In this document: positions 19,272 to 30,123 of the stretch, piece after piece | Layout of the letters: the number at the start of each line of letters is the position of its first letter | How positions within the stretch are numbered: the first letter of the stretch is position 1 | The notes under the pieces: generated by a model | What the model saw: only the letters and a program-made list of their open reading frames with translations | What the model was told of the DNA's origin: nothing | Database searches by the model: none | Position numbers and translations under genes: made by a program | NCBI GenBank assembly: GCA_964511995.1 | Contig: CAZEHT010000001.1 | Location: 33,919-97,918, forward strand | Reading direction: 5' to 3' | DNA: 64,000 bases | DNA from: an uncultured Mycobacterium sp. | GTDB taxonomy: Bacteria > Actinomycetota > Actinomycetes > Mycobacteriales > Mycobacteriaceae

Positions 19272-20444
19272 ATGACCAAAAAACTCGCGGCGGTGCTCGG
19301 CACCGGGCAGACGAAATACGTCGCCAAACGCAAAGACGTATCCATGAACGGCCTCGTGCGCGAAGCGATCGATGCGGCGCTGGCCGATTCCGGTTCGACG
19401 TTCGACGACATCGACGCTGTCGTCGTCGGCAAGGCGCCGGACCTGTTCGAGGGCGTCATGATGCCCGAACTGTTCATGGCCGACGCCACCGGCGCGACGG
19501 GCAAGCCGCTGATCCGCGTCCACACCGCCGGCTCGGTTGGCGGTTCCACCGGGGTCGTCGCGGCCAGCCTGGTCCAGTCCGGCAAGTACCGGCGCGTGCT
19601 GACGATGGCATGGGAGAAGCAGTCCGAGTCGAATGCCATGTGGGCGTTGAGTATTCCCGTGCCGTTCATTAAACCCGTCGGCGCCGGTGCCGGCGGGTAC
19701 TTCGCCCCGCACGTGCGGGCCTACATCAACCGCTCGGGAGCGCCCGCGCACATCGGCGCGATCGTGGCGGTCAAGGATCGACTCAACGGGGCCAAGAACC
19801 CGCTGGCACACCTGCACCAGCCCGACATCACGCTGGAGAAGGTGATGCAGTCTCCGATGCTGTGGGACCCGATCCGCTACGACGAGACCTGCCCGTCTTC
19901 GGACGGCGCCTGCGCGATGGTGATCGGTGAGGAGCAGATCGCCGACGCTCGGGTGGCCGACGGGCATCCGGTCGCCTGGATCCATGCCACCGCGCTGCGC
20001 ACCGAACCGCTGGCCTACTCCGGCCGCGACCAGGTCAATCCCCAAGCGGGTCGCGCCGCGGCCGCTGCGCTGTGGAAGGCCGCAGGCATCACCAACCCGA
20101 TCGACGAGATCGACGTCGGCGAGGTCTACGTACCGTTCTCCTGGTTCGAGCCGATGTGGCTGGAAAACCTCGGCTTCGCGGCCGAGGGCGAGGGCTGGAA
20201 ACTCACCGAGGCCGGGGAAACGGCGATCGGCGGACGCATCCCGTTCAATCCGTCCGGGGGCGTGCTGTCGTCGAACCCCATCGGCGCGTCCGGCATGATC
20301 CGCTTCGCCGAAGCCGCGATCCAGGTTATGGGCAAGGCCGGGGACCACCAGGTTCCCGGCGCCCGCAAAGCACTTGGCCACGCCTACGGCGGCGGCTCGC
20401 AGTATTACTCGATGTGGGTTGTTTCCAGCGACAAACCCGAGTGA
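19272..20444 (+). CDS. ltp3: Thiolase-like aldolase subunit (Rv3523 ortholog)
   Basis: MTKKLAAVLGTGQTKY, TAGSVGGST, CPSSDGAC, GHAYGGGSQY. Confidence 0.88.
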   Translation: MTKKLAAVLGTGQTKYVAKRKDVSMNGLVREAIDAALADSGSTFDDIDAVVVGKAPDLFEGVMMPELFMADATGATGKPLIRVHTAGSVGGSTGVVAASLVQSGKYRRVLTMAWEKQSESNAMWALSIPVPFIKPVGAGAGGYFAPHVRAYINRSGAPAHIGAIVAVKDRLNGAKNPLAHLHQPDITLEKVMQSPMLWDPIRYDETCPSSDGACAMVIGEEQIADARVADGHPVAWIHATALRTEPLAYSGRDQVNPQAGRAAAAALWKAAGITNPIDEIDVGEVYVPFSWFEPMWLENLGFAAEGEGWKLTEAGETAIGGRIPFNPSGGVLSSNPIGASGMIRFAEAAIQVMGKAGDHQVPGARKALGHAYGGGSQYYSMWVVSSDKPE

Positions 20445-20455
20445 GATAGTGCCCT

Positions 20456-21334
20456 ATGAAATACACCTGCAGCGTCGCGATGGGCCCCATCCAGGAACTC
20501 GTCGAACTTGCCCGCACGGCCGAAGAAGTGGGATTCGATTCGGTCGCACTGCCGGACTCGCTGTTCTACATGGAAAAGCAGGCCGCCGACTATCCGTACA
20601 CATCGGACGGCTCGCGGATGTGGAACAAGGACACCCCGTGGGTCGATCCCCTGATCGCCGCCGCCGCCATGGGCGCGGTCACCTCGACGCTGCGGTTCTA
20701 CACCAACGTGATGAAACTCGGTTCCCGCAATCCGCTGCTGCTGGCGCGCCAGGTCGGGTCGGTTGCGAACCTGACCGGCAACCGGTTCGGCTTCGGTGTC
20801 GGGATCGGTTGGGCCCCCGAGGAATTCGAGTGGTGCGGGGTACCCTTTGCCAAGCGCGGCGCCCGAGTGGACGAGATGATCGAGGTCATCAAACTCGTCC
20901 TCGGTGGCGGCATGGTCGAGTACCACGGCACGTTCTTCGATTTCGACAGACTGCAGATGAGTCCCGCGCCTTCGGAGCCCGTACCGTTTTACGTCGGCGG
21001 TCACACCGAGGTGGCGCTCAGGCGGGCGGCGCGGGTCAGCGACGGGTGGACCAGCGCGATGATGACCTGCGAGCAACTGTCGGAGACCGTCGCAAAGCTC
21101 AAAGCGCTGCTGGCCGAGTACGGCCGCGCCGACGAACCGTTCGAATTTCAGGCGGTATGCATCGACAAGTTCGGCGTGGACGGGCATCGCGAACTGGCCG
21201 CGGCGGGTATCACCGACAACATCGTCATCCCGTGGATCTTCGACGGACTCGGCTTCGACGCCCCGCTGGAGGAGAAGAAGGACTCACTCAAGCGGTTCTC
21301 GGATACCTACATCGCCTCGGGGTGGCAGGACTGA
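20456..21334 (+). CDS. LLM-class F420-dependent oxidoreductase (Rv2161c-like family)
   Basis: AEEVGFDSVALPDS, DPLIAAAAMGAVTSTLR, GVGIGWAPEEF, RRAARVSDGW. Confidence 0.82.
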   Translation: MKYTCSVAMGPIQELVELARTAEEVGFDSVALPDSLFYMEKQAADYPYTSDGSRMWNKDTPWVDPLIAAAAMGAVTSTLRFYTNVMKLGSRNPLLLARQVGSVANLTGNRFGFGVGIGWAPEEFEWCGVPFAKRGARVDEMIEVIKLVLGGGMVEYHGTFFDFDRLQMSPAPSEPVPFYVGGHTEVALRRAARVSDGWTSAMMTCEQLSETVAKLKALLAEYGRADEPFEFQAVCIDKFGVDGHRELAAAGITDNIVIPWIFDGLGFDAPLEEKKDSLKRFSDTYIASGWQD

Positions 21335-21443
21335 ACCCCGCGCTTGCCACTGCCGCGGGACGCCGGATCACCTGCGGTAGGCTGACGCCGGGTACCCTGG
21401 ACAGACATCCCTCGTCGTCCCCAAACATTGGAATGCTGTCGTC

Positions 21444-22163
21444 TTGTCCCTCCGCCGCAGTTGCGCGAGCCCGATATCCGCTAGTCCACGATTCCTGTCC
21501 GTTCTGGTCCTGTCCGTTCCGGCGTTCGGGACGGCGATAGCCGTCGGCCTCGTCAGCCTCGTCGGATGCGCACCGTCGACACCCAATCGCGATCCGCGGT
21601 GGGGCACACAGCACAGTGCATCGGCACCCGGGCAGCCGGTAACCGGCACGGCAGCGCCGACAACTCCGCCGGCAAGCCAGCCGTCACCCCAGCCGGCCGG
21701 CGATATCGACTTCAGTCGGCTTCTGCTGGAGGCGGCGGATCTCACCGACGCCGATGACACCTTTGCGCTGCGGTCGTCGACGATCAACCCCAGCGGTGTC
21801 CCGGGCGGAAGCGCGCTGTTCGTAAATGCACCTGACACCCGCGCCATTTCGGACACCATCGCCGTCTTCCCGGATGCCGCGACAGCCACCGCAACCCTGC
21901 GGGGGGAGCTGTCGGCGGTGGACACCGTAGTAGCCGGCGGTAGCCCGCAGCCGTCACCCGTCGGCACGGACGGAATGATCGTCAAGGGCACCTCGCCGGA
22001 CGGCGCGAAGGCCGTCACGCTGTTGCTCTATACGCAAGGCCCCGCCATGGTGCGACTGAGGTTCGATAGCGCCCCAGGGGACCCGGCGTCGGATCGGTTC
22101 GTGACCAGCATCGGCAAGATGCAGCAAATCGCGCTCCGAGTAGGACTGCCGACCTCTGAGTGA
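21444..22163 (+). CDS. Putative lipoprotein (start uncertain)
   Basis: Hydrophobic stretch ending in the lipobox L-V-G-C, then a Pro/Thr linker and a globular domain. Confidence 0.6.
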   Translation: MSLRRSCASPISASPRFLSVLVLSVPAFGTAIAVGLVSLVGCAPSTPNRDPRWGTQHSASAPGQPVTGTAAPTTPPASQPSPQPAGDIDFSRLLLEAADLTDADDTFALRSSTINPSGVPGGSALFVNAPDTRAISDTIAVFPDAATATATLRGELSAVDTVVAGGSPQPSPVGTDGMIVKGTSPDGAKAVTLLLYTQGPAMVRLRFDSAPGDPASDRFVTSIGKMQQIALRVGLPTSE

Positions 22164-22247
22164 GCGCCCAGGCGCTTGAGAGTCGGGACTTTGGTCACCT
22201 ATTGTTCCAGCTAGGGCCGTCGATATTGCGAGTCCTGCCGCTAAAAC

Positions 22248-22261
22248 TGTAACGTGTTCTA
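22248..22261. promoter_or_regulatory. KstR operator upstream of kshA
   Basis: TGTAACGTGTTCTA matches TnnAACnnGTTnnA. Confidence 0.85.
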
Positions 22262-22288
22262 GTTAGAGAGCACTGATGGAGGCGCGAA

Positions 22289-23455
22289 GTGATGACGGAA
22301 ACAGCCCACACCGGCATTCGCGAGATCGATACCGGAGCCCTGCCGGACAGATACGCCCGCGGCTGGCACTGCATCGGGCCGGTCAAGGATTACCTGGACG
22401 GCGAGCCGCACCCCGTGCACGCTTTCGGCACGAAGTTGGTGGTGTTCGCCGACTCCGCGGGTGAGCCGCACATCCTCGACAGCTATTGCCGGCATATGGG
22501 CGGCGACCTCTCGCAGGGCACGATTAAGGGCGATACCGTAGCGTGCCCGTTTCATGACTGGCGCTGGGGCGGCGACGGCAAATGCAAGCTTGTCCCCTAT
22601 GCCAAGCGCACGCCGCGGCTGGCCCGCACGCGATCCTGGCACACCGACGTTCGAGGCGGCCTGTTATTCGTTTGGCATGACCACGAGGGCAACCCGCCGC
22701 AGCCCGAGGTGCGCATCCCGGAGATCGAGGAGTACTCCGGCGGCGAGTGGACCGACTGGAAGTGGAACTCGCTGCTGATCGAGGGTTCCAACTGCCGCGA
22801 GATCATCGACAACGTCACCGACATGGCGCACTTCTTCTACATTCATTTCGGGCTGCCGACGTACTTCAAGAACGTCTTCGAGGGCCACATCGCCTCGCAG
22901 TACCTGCACAACGTCGGCCGGCCGGACGTCAACGACATGGGGACCGCGTACGGCGAGGCCTCCCTGAAATCCGAAGCGTCCTATTTCGGGCCGTCCTTCA
23001 TGATCAACTGGTTGCACAACCGCTACGGCGAGTTCAAGGCCGAGTCGATCCTGATCAACTGCCACTACCCGGTGAACCAGGATTCCTTCATGCTGCAGTG
23101 GGGCGTCATCGTCGAAAGGCCCAAGGGGCTCGATGACGCCACGACCGAGAAGCTGGCCGAGGCGTTCACCGTCGGCGTCAGCAAGGGCTTCCTCCAAGAT
23201 GTCGAGATCTGGAAGCACAAGACCCGCATCGACAATCCGCTGCTGGTCGAGGAGGACGGCGCGGTCTATCAGATGCGTCGCTGGTACCAGCAGTTCTATG
23301 TCGACGTGGCCGACATCACTCCCGACATGACGGACCGGTTCGAACTCGAAGTCGACACCACCGCCGCCAACGCGAAGTGGCACGTAGAGGTGGAGGAGAA
23401 CCTCCGGCGGAAGGCCGAACAGAACGAAGGACAACCCACTCGGGTCTCCGGGTGA
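22289..23455 (+). CDS. kshA: 3-ketosteroid 9alpha-hydroxylase oxygenase subunit
   Basis: Rieske motifs CRHMGG and CPFHDW, DNVTDMAHFFYIH, QDVEIWKHK. Confidence 0.95.
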   Translation: MMTETAHTGIREIDTGALPDRYARGWHCIGPVKDYLDGEPHPVHAFGTKLVVFADSAGEPHILDSYCRHMGGDLSQGTIKGDTVACPFHDWRWGGDGKCKLVPYAKRTPRLARTRSWHTDVRGGLLFVWHDHEGNPPQPEVRIPEIEEYSGGEWTDWKWNSLLIEGSNCREIIDNVTDMAHFFYIHFGLPTYFKNVFEGHIASQYLHNVGRPDVNDMGTAYGEASLKSEASYFGPSFMINWLHNRYGEFKAESILINCHYPVNQDSFMLQWGVIVERPKGLDDATTEKLAEAFTVGVSKGFLQDVEIWKHKTRIDNPLLVEEDGAVYQMRRWYQQFYVDVADITPDMTDRFELEVDTTAANAKWHVEVEENLRRKAEQNEGQPTRVSG

Positions 23456-23922
23456 GTTCGCTGCCCGACACGCCGGATGTCGACCGACTCGCTCGGTCGA
23501 TGATCCTGCTCAATGGCGGTCACGACGACGATCATGAGCATGAGCATGAGCACGACGATGACGGTGTTCACGGCGGCTGGCGCAAAGCACCGGACTTCGC
23601 CTCCGAACCGGACCGCGCTGCCGCGGTTCACGCCGCCACCCAGCGTGACCGGGAGCGCTACCTGACCTCGGGGTTGGCGCCCGTCGACTGCCGGTTCTGC
23701 CACGCCACCGTCGCGGTCAAGAAGCTCGGGCCGGAATACACTGCGGTGCAATGGAATACGGAGGCGTCCCAGCGCTGCGCGGTGTTCGCCGAGGCGCGCA
23801 GCGCGGGCGCGGAAAGCGGCCGGATACGGTCATGTCCCAAACTGACCGACAGCATCACGCACGCGGTCGCGGAGGGCTGCCTGGAAGCCGTCTGCAGCGC
23901 TCCCCCACCCGGCGACGGCTGA
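23452..23922 (+). CDS. Rv3527-like conserved protein with His-rich stretch and Cys motifs
   Basis: GTG overlaps the kshA stop; PDVDRLARSM, CRFC, AVQWN, SCPKL; synteny. Confidence 0.8.
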   Translation: MSSLPDTPDVDRLARSMILLNGGHDDDHEHEHEHDDDGVHGGWRKAPDFASEPDRAAAVHAATQRDRERYLTSGLAPVDCRFCHATVAVKKLGPEYTAVQWNTEASQRCAVFAEARSAGAESGRIRSCPKLTDSITHAVAEGCLEAVCSAPPPGDG

Positions 23923-23962
23923 CCTTCTACCTTCGTTCTGCCCTCGTTCGCGCCGTCACGTC

Positions 23963-25105
23963 TCACAGACCCGTGAAGCGTTCCCTCACCTCTTCGGCAG
24001 TCAGCCCATAGTCGGCCAGCGAATAAGTGTGCTTGGGCGCCCGCGGGCCTTTGCGGCTTTCGTCGTGCATGTCTTGCATCGCCGTCCGGGCCGCGTCGGT
24101 CAGCTCCAGACGGAAATGGCGGTAAATACCACCGACCGTCTCCACGGGATCCTCGACGAAGTCGGAATACTCGACGTCACAGAACTGCGCGGGATCGTGT
24201 TTTGCCCGCTCGGCCGTGAACAGCTCCAATCCGCGTGACCAGGTTTCCAAGGCGTCCTGGCCGATCTGCGCGCCCACGAATCGATTGGACCAGCCTTCGG
24301 TGGTGTGCGCCGACAGCGAGCACATCGAAGCCAGAATCGTCTCGGCGGGCCGGTGGCACTGCACGACGAGTGCGTCGGGATAGGTGGCCATCAGCGCGTC
24401 GAGAGCGAACAGATGGCTGGGGTTCTTCAGTACCCAGCGCTTCTCGGCGTCGTCGAGCCCGATCAGCTGAAGGTTCTTGCGGTGCCGCCGATATGACTGC
24501 GTCCAATCCTGCCGGGCGAGCCACTGCGCGTAGGTGGGCAGGTGCGCCAAGGTCTCGTAGGAAACCGAGTGCAGCGACTGCCGCAGCAGCTGCCAGCACT
24601 CCTCCACCTCGTCCGGTGTCATGTAGTGCAGGCCCATGTACTCGGGGTTCTCGTTATGGGCCTTGGCGTATTGGGCATCGAGCTGTTGGAAGACCGGATT
24701 GTCCGACCAGGTTTCACGGGGCGGCCGGGGCTGCGGAAACTCGGCGAGCCACAGTTGCAGACCCTGGTGCGCCGGGTCGGCGGTGAGCAGCCTGTGCAGT
24801 GCCGTCGTCCCGGTGCGGGGCAGTCCCGTGACGAAAATCGGGCGCCAGATGTCCACCTCCGCGTGCTGCGGGTACTGCTTCCAGGACGCTTCCGACAGCA
24901 ATCGGGCCACCAGCGCATTACGCAGGAAGAACCGCTGCATCTTGCTGCCGAACTCGGTCAGGTCCTCGTCGCGCTGGTAGGACTCCAACAGCACTCCGAG
25001 GGCCTCGCGGTAGTTGTCGTCGTCGTCACCGAAGTCGTCGAGGCCCACGGCCTTGGTCGCCGAGGCGTGCAGATCCTCGACAGTTCCCACATTGGTGCGC
25101 ACCAT
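23963..25105 (-). CDS. Sulfotransferase family protein (Rv3529c ortholog)
   Basis: TGLPRTGTT PAPS-binding motif, WVLKNPSHL. Confidence 0.88.
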   Translation of the reverse strand: MVRTNVGTVEDLHASATKAVGLDDFGDDDDNYREALGVLLESYQRDEDLTEFGSKMQRFFLRNALVARLLSEASWKQYPQHAEVDIWRPIFVTGLPRTGTTALHRLLTADPAHQGLQLWLAEFPQPRPPRETWSDNPVFQQLDAQYAKAHNENPEYMGLHYMTPDEVEECWQLLRQSLHSVSYETLAHLPTYAQWLARQDWTQSYRRHRKNLQLIGLDDAEKRWVLKNPSHLFALDALMATYPDALVVQCHRPAETILASMCSLSAHTTEGWSNRFVGAQIGQDALETWSRGLELFTAERAKHDPAQFCDVEYSDFVEDPVETVGGIYRHFRLELTDAARTAMQDMHDESRKGPRAPKHTYSLADYGLTAEEVRERFTGL

Positions 25106-25887
25106 CAGACTTTGCACTCCCCACAGTTGACGTCGAGCGTCTGACCGGTGATACCACTGGACAGATCGCTGGCCATGAAAAGGATCGCCGAGGCTACCTC
25201 GTCCTCGGTTGGCAGCCGCTTGAGATCGGAGTTCGCGGCGGTCGTGGCATAGATCTGGTCGACGGTCATCCCGTACTTTCCGGCCTGATGGCCGAAGTAG
25301 CTCTTGAGCGTGTCGCCCCAGATATAGCCCGGCACGACCGAATTGACCCGTATTCCCTGTTCGCCGAGCTCACTTGCCAGTGATTGCGACATCGCCAAGA
25401 GCGCAGACTTCGCCATCTTGTACGCCCCGTATTTGGGCTGCGAATGTCGGATCACCATCGAGTTCACGTTCACCACCGATCCCTTGGCTTCGGCGAGCGC
25501 GGGCGTGAAACCTTGGATGAGTCGCAGCGTCCCCAACACCGTCAGCTCGATCGCGTCTCGGATGTGCTGATGGGTCGTATTGGCAAGCGGCTTCATCGAC
25601 GGAACCCGGAACGCGTTGTTGATCAGCACATCGACCTTGCCGTAGGCGTCCATCGACGCCTCGACCAGGTTCTCGACCGCAGTGTCGTCGGTGATGTCGG
25701 TACCGACGGACACCGCGCGCCGGCCCAGGGCGACGACCTGTTCGGCGACGGCGTCGAGGCGTTCGACCGTACGTGCGGCCAGCACCAGGTCGGCACCGGC
25801 CTCGGCGCACCGGCGCGCCAGCGTCGTCCCGAGTGCCGGCCCGACACCGCTGATCACCACCACTTTTCCATCGAGCAATCCCTGCAT
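25105..25887 (-). CDS. SDR oxidoreductase (Rv3530c ortholog)
   Basis: SGVGPALG, NNAF, YKMAK; synteny. Confidence 0.87.
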   Translation of the reverse strand: MQGLLDGKVVVISGVGPALGTTLARRCAEAGADLVLAARTVERLDAVAEQVVALGRRAVSVGTDITDDTAVENLVEASMDAYGKVDVLINNAFRVPSMKPLANTTHQHIRDAIELTVLGTLRLIQGFTPALAEAKGSVVNVNSMVIRHSQPKYGAYKMAKSALLAMSQSLASELGEQGIRVNSVVPGYIWGDTLKSYFGHQAGKYGMTVDQIYATTAANSDLKRLPTEDEVASAILFMASDLSSGITGQTLDVNCGECKV

Positions 25888-25899
25888 ACCGGCCCTCAC

Positions 25900-27027
25900 C
25901 TATCCCAGCATCCTGTTGGCGATTTGTCTCTGGCGCAGCGCGATTCGTGCGCGCCAGTCATTTTCGGAGATCGTGTTGGACTCGTAGTACGGCAGGACGG
26001 CCGACAGGTCGGCCACATCGACGAGCTCGACGGACGGGCCATCCGCTTCGCCCAGCGCCCGCGACAGCCGCTGCCACCGGAACTGCAGATATCCGCGCCG
26101 ATGCCCCAGCGTCTCCACCCAGTTGGTCACGTTCGGATTGGCATCCGATACCACGATGCGGATCTTTCCGTCCGGATCCGCTTGCGCCTGTGTGCCGTTC
26201 AGCGACGTCTGGTGGTTGATGTAGTCCAGGGAGATGTACCACAAGCTGCCCAGCTGGAAGCCGAGGTAAGGAGCATCCGTGATCGGCAGCGTAATGACAA
26301 GTGCCTGCTGCGGCGACAGGTCGAAGTGACCGACCGACGAGTATTGGGTGGCCAGGCCGCCGGGTGTCAGCCGCGGCGCGACCATGGTGTTCACCGGCAG
26401 GTCCAAATAGAACCACTGCGGAAACTGCAGCCAGGTCTTGACCCGCTGCACCAACTGCTTGCCGGCAACGGCGTAGCGCTTTTCGATCAGCTCACGAGTC
26501 AGCGGCGGCGGTGCGGTGCCCACGGTGTCGGTCCGGGAGACTGTAAGGGTCCCGCGTTGTGCCGACCAATCGTTGTAAACCTCGCGGATCACCAGTTGAG
26601 ATTGGCTTCGCGGCGTGACGCGCCATTCGAAGCTGCCGTCGGAAGCGATGTCGAGTTCCCGGTCATCGAAGGCGGCCTGACTGCCAGGGACGTTGTCCTG
26701 CGTGTACTCGCCGCCGAGCAACTGGAAGCTCAGATCGGTGGTCGTACCGCGACGGCCGGTGACGATGTACTCCTTGCCCGGTTGCACGCGCGTGCCGAAA
26801 TACAGGGTGTCCGGGTTGTCGAGGCCCATTTTGGTGAAGGGACCGGTACCCGATTGCAGAAATGGATGGTCGCGGTCGTAGTCGAAGGCAAGATGAGTGC
26901 ACGCCGAAATGCATCCCGCGAGGTACTGCAGACCTTCTAGGAGATCTGCCTCGGTCTCGATGTGGGGCGCGGCGGCGACCAGGCGCTCCGCCTCCGCGAT
27001 GGCGTCCTGAAGCGGGCGCGAGAACAC
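25900..27027 (-). CDS. Conserved protein (Rv3531c ortholog)
   Basis: KMGLDNPDTLYF, WYISLDYINHQTSLN, NWVETLGH; synteny. Confidence 0.85.
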   Translation of the reverse strand: MFSRPLQDAIAEAERLVAAAPHIETEADLLEGLQYLAGCISACTHLAFDYDRDHPFLQSGTGPFTKMGLDNPDTLYFGTRVQPGKEYIVTGRRGTTTDLSFQLLGGEYTQDNVPGSQAAFDDRELDIASDGSFEWRVTPRSQSQLVIREVYNDWSAQRGTLTVSRTDTVGTAPPPLTRELIEKRYAVAGKQLVQRVKTWLQFPQWFYLDLPVNTMVAPRLTPGGLATQYSSVGHFDLSPQQALVITLPITDAPYLGFQLGSLWYISLDYINHQTSLNGTQAQADPDGKIRIVVSDANPNVTNWVETLGHRRGYLQFRWQRLSRALGEADGPSVELVDVADLSAVLPYYESNTISENDWRARIALRQRQIANRMLG

Positions 27028-27152
27028 GGGCCGTACGCCTCCTTTGGTTCATTATTGGACCGAGACGGTAGATATTTGGATACGATGGTTCCGACCCTAG
27101 ATCGCCACCGTATGCGGCGTCAACCGCACCGGTTCCGCCCCTGGTTCATATC

Positions 27153-27166
27153 TGTAACAGGTTGGT
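27153..27166. promoter_or_regulatory. Degenerate KstR-like box
   Basis: TGTAACAGGTTGGT, one mismatch (last base) to TnnAACnnGTTnnA, between the divergent Rv3531c-like and iclR genes. Confidence 0.45.
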
Positions 27167-27177
27167 ACTTTACTGAA

Positions 27178-28083
27178 ATGACGAACCGCGAATCCGGAAC
27201 ACGGGTGTCTCCGCCCACCCGGCGGGTCGTCGCGGTTCTCGATTTCCTGTCCCGTCATCCCCACGAGCAGTTCGGATTGTCCGAGCTAGCCCGCCGGCTG
27301 GAACTGAGCAAGCCGACGTGCCTGGGCATCCTCACCACACTGACCGAAGCCGGCCTGCTGGTCCGCGATTCCGGCGACAAGACATACCGGCTGGGACCGG
27401 CACTGATCGCACTAGGCCATGCGGCGCAGGAAACCATGCGAGTCAGCCCCGCGGCCCGGGAGGAACTTCGCACGTTGTCGGCAACCTACAAGACGACCGC
27501 GGCGCTCTCGGCGGTGGTCGACGACCGCATCACCCTGCTGGAACTCGTCGCGCCGCCGGGTGTCGACCCGGGGGTTCGGGTCGGTCAGAACTATCCCTTC
27601 GCGCCACCCGTCGGCCTGATGTTCGTGCTGTGGGATGAAGAAGCGCTCCGAGACTGGCTGGCACGGCCCGCGACCATACCCTTGCGCACCAACACTGAAC
27701 GATTGCGGCACGTGATCACCCAATGCCGCTCCGCCGGCTACCTCGTCGAGCGCCAGACTCCCGGCGGCCGCCGCCTCTACGCGATGATGGCGGGCATGCC
27801 GAACGCACTGCCGGATGAACTGCGGGCATTGTTGGGCGAACTGGTTTCCGACATCGGAGAGCGGGTGCACCTCGGCAGCGACGGCGGACCGGGTCGCCGC
27901 CGCCACGACATCAGCGTCATCTCGGCACCGGTATTCGACCATCACCGCAGGCAGGCCATGGTCGCTTCACTGCACATCGGAGCCGAGCTCAGCGAAGCCG
28001 AGATCACCCGGCGCGCCAGGGACCTAGTATCGGCAGCCGACCGGCTGACGGGTCAATTGGGCGGAACGCCGCCGCCACGCTGA
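27178..28083 (+). CDS. IclR-family transcriptional regulator
   Basis: N-terminal HTH (GLSELARRLELSKPTCLGILTTL...YRLGPAL) and C-terminal GAF-like ISAPVFD; ATG at 27178. Confidence 0.85.
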   Translation: MTNRESGTRVSPPTRRVVAVLDFLSRHPHEQFGLSELARRLELSKPTCLGILTTLTEAGLLVRDSGDKTYRLGPALIALGHAAQETMRVSPAAREELRTLSATYKTTAALSAVVDDRITLLELVAPPGVDPGVRVGQNYPFAPPVGLMFVLWDEEALRDWLARPATIPLRTNTERLRHVITQCRSAGYLVERQTPGGRRLYAMMAGMPNALPDELRALLGELVSDIGERVHLGSDGGPGRRRHDISVISAPVFDHHRRQAMVASLHIGAELSEAEITRRARDLVSAADRLTGQLGGTPPPR

Positions 28084-28131
28084 CCTCCGCGCGCCCGGCC
28101 ACGAGGCCCGAGGGAACGGGGGCGTTACAGG

Positions 28132-29181
28132 TCAGGAGACCTTGGCGGCGTCCTGTTCACGCTTGATTTCCAGCGCGATGTCGATCAGCTGGTCCTCCTG
28201 GCCGCCGATCAGCTTGCGCTGGCCGGCCCGATGCAGCAGCTTATGCGCGGGCACACCGTAGCGCTCCGACTGCCGGATAGCGTGTTTGAGGAAGCTCGAA
28301 TACACCCCCGCGTAACCCATGATCAGGGCGTTGCGGTCGAGTAGGCATTCGCCGGGCATCGCCGGAGCGACGACCTCCTCGGCGGCGTCGGCGATGTCGA
28401 AGAAGTCGATACCGGTTTTGACGCCGATCTTGTCGAACACGCCGATGAGCGCCTCGACCGGAGCATTGCCGGCGCCGGCTCCGAAGCGGCGGCAGCTGCC
28501 GTCGATCTGCTTTGCGCCCGCACGCACGGCCTCCACGGAGTTCGCGACTCCCAGACCGAGATTCTCATGGCCGTGGAAACCGACCTGGGCGTCCTCTCCG
28601 AGCTCGGCGACCAGGGCCGACACCCGGTCAGCGACACCGTCGAGCACCAAAGCTCCGGCGGAGTCGACCACATACACGCATTGGCAACCCGCGTCGGCCA
28701 TGATACGGGCTTGGGCGGCCAACTTCTCCGGCGGAATGGTGTGGCTCATCATCAGGAAGCCGACGGTTTCCAGGCCGAGGTCGCGTGCCAGGCCGAAATG
28801 CTGGATGGACACGTCGGCCTCGGTGCAGTGGGTCGCGATCCGGCAGATCGACCCGCCATTGGCCTGCGCCTCTTTGATGTCCTCCTTCGTGCCCACGCCC
28901 GGCAGCATCAAGAAGGCGATCTTGGCGTCGCGCGCCGTCTCGGCGGCCAGCTTGATCAATTCCTGCTCGGGCGTCTTGGAAAAGCCATAGTTGAAAGACG
29001 AGCCGCCCAGGCCGTCGCCGTGAGTCACTTCGATCACCGGGACACCCGAAGCGTCCAGCGCCGAGACGATCGCGCCAACCTCGTCTTTGGTGAATTGATG
29101 GCGCTTGTGGTGCGAACCGTCGCGCAGCGACGTGTCGGTGATCCGGACATCCCAGATCGGGTTGAAGAAGATATCGCTCAT
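28132..29181 (-). CDS. hsaF: 4-hydroxy-2-oxovalerate aldolase
   Basis: [34 protein letters not shown]. Confidence 0.93.
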   Translation of the reverse strand: MSDIFFNPIWDVRITDTSLRDGSHHKRHQFTKDEVGAIVSALDASGVPVIEVTHGDGLGGSSFNYGFSKTPEQELIKLAAETARDAKIAFLMLPGVGTKEDIKEAQANGGSICRIATHCTEADVSIQHFGLARDLGLETVGFLMMSHTIPPEKLAAQARIMADAGCQCVYVVDSAGALVLDGVADRVSALVAELGEDAQVGFHGHENLGLGVANSVEAVRAGAKQIDGSCRRFGAGAGNAPVEALIGVFDKIGVKTGIDFFDIADAAEEVVAPAMPGECLLDRNALIMGYAGVYSSFLKHAIRQSERYGVPAHKLLHRAGQRKLIGGQEDQLIDIALEIKREQDAAKVS

Positions 29182-30116
29182 CGTGCTGACCCTCCTGCTG
29201 TCTGCGACACGCCCACCAGTTCTTTGGCGATCTCCTCGCCGACCTTGGTCGCCGCGGCGGTCATGATGTCCAGGTTGCCCGCGTACGGCGGCAGGTAGTC
29301 GCCGGCACCTTCGACCTCGACAAATGTTGTGACGACGTGGTTGCCGCCGTTGACCACCGAGGGCTCGTCGAACTGCGGCTCGTTGAGCAGCCGGTAGCCG
29401 GGCACATACGCCTGCACCTCGGCGACGACATCCTTGATCGACCGGGCGATCGCGTCGTGGTCGGCGTCCTCCGGTATCGCGCAGAAGATGGTGTCGCGCA
29501 TGATCATCGGCGGATCGGCCGGGTTGAGGATAATGATCGCCTTGCCGCGGGCGGCACCGCCGATGGTCTCGACTCCCCTGCTGGTGGTTTTGGTGAACTC
29601 GTCGATGTTGGCACGGGTGCCTGGACCGGCCGACGCCGAGGCCACCGACGCGACGATCTCCGCGTAGGGCACGACTCCGCCCGATTCGGCGACCGCGCGG
29701 CACACGGCGTACACGATCGGGATGGTGGCCTGGCCCCCGCAGGTGATCATGTTGACGTTCGGCGCGTTGAGGTGTTCGCGCAGGTTCGCCGGCGGAATGA
29801 CCGCCGGACCGACGGCGGCGGGCGTCAGGTCGATGGCGCGGATGCCGGCGTCGGCGTAACGAGGGGCAGCGTCGCGGTGCACATACGCGCTGGTGGCTTC
29901 GAATACCAGGTCCGGTTTCTCGTCGAGCGCCAACAACCAGTCGACGCCGTCCGGGCTGGTCTCCAGACCGAGCTTGCGCGCTCGGGCCAGGCCTTCGCTC
30001 TGCGGGTCGATGCCGACCATCCAGCGCGGTTCCAGCCAGTCCGACCGCAAGAGTTTGTAGAGCAGGTCGGTGCTGATGTTGCCCGACCCGACGATGGCCA
30101 CAGTCGCCTTTGACAT
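29178..30116 (-). CDS. hsaG: Acetaldehyde/propionaldehyde dehydrogenase (acylating)
   Basis: [32 protein letters not shown]. Confidence 0.93.
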   Translation of the reverse strand: MSKATVAIVGSGNISTDLLYKLLRSDWLEPRWMVGIDPQSEGLARARKLGLETSPDGVDWLLALDEKPDLVFEATSAYVHRDAAPRYADAGIRAIDLTPAAVGPAVIPPANLREHLNAPNVNMITCGGQATIPIVYAVCRAVAESGGVVPYAEIVASVASASAGPGTRANIDEFTKTTSRGVETIGGAARGKAIIILNPADPPMIMRDTIFCAIPEDADHDAIARSIKDVVAEVQAYVPGYRLLNEPQFDEPSVVNGGNHVVTTFVEVEGAGDYLPPYAGNLDIMTAAATKVGEEIAKELVGVSQTAGGSAR

Positions 30117-30123
30117 AACGCTC

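Noticed and set aside
21494-21523. Short tandem duplication CCTGTCCGTTC in the lipoprotein signal region
   Set aside because: Only two copies and in frame; no evidence of function
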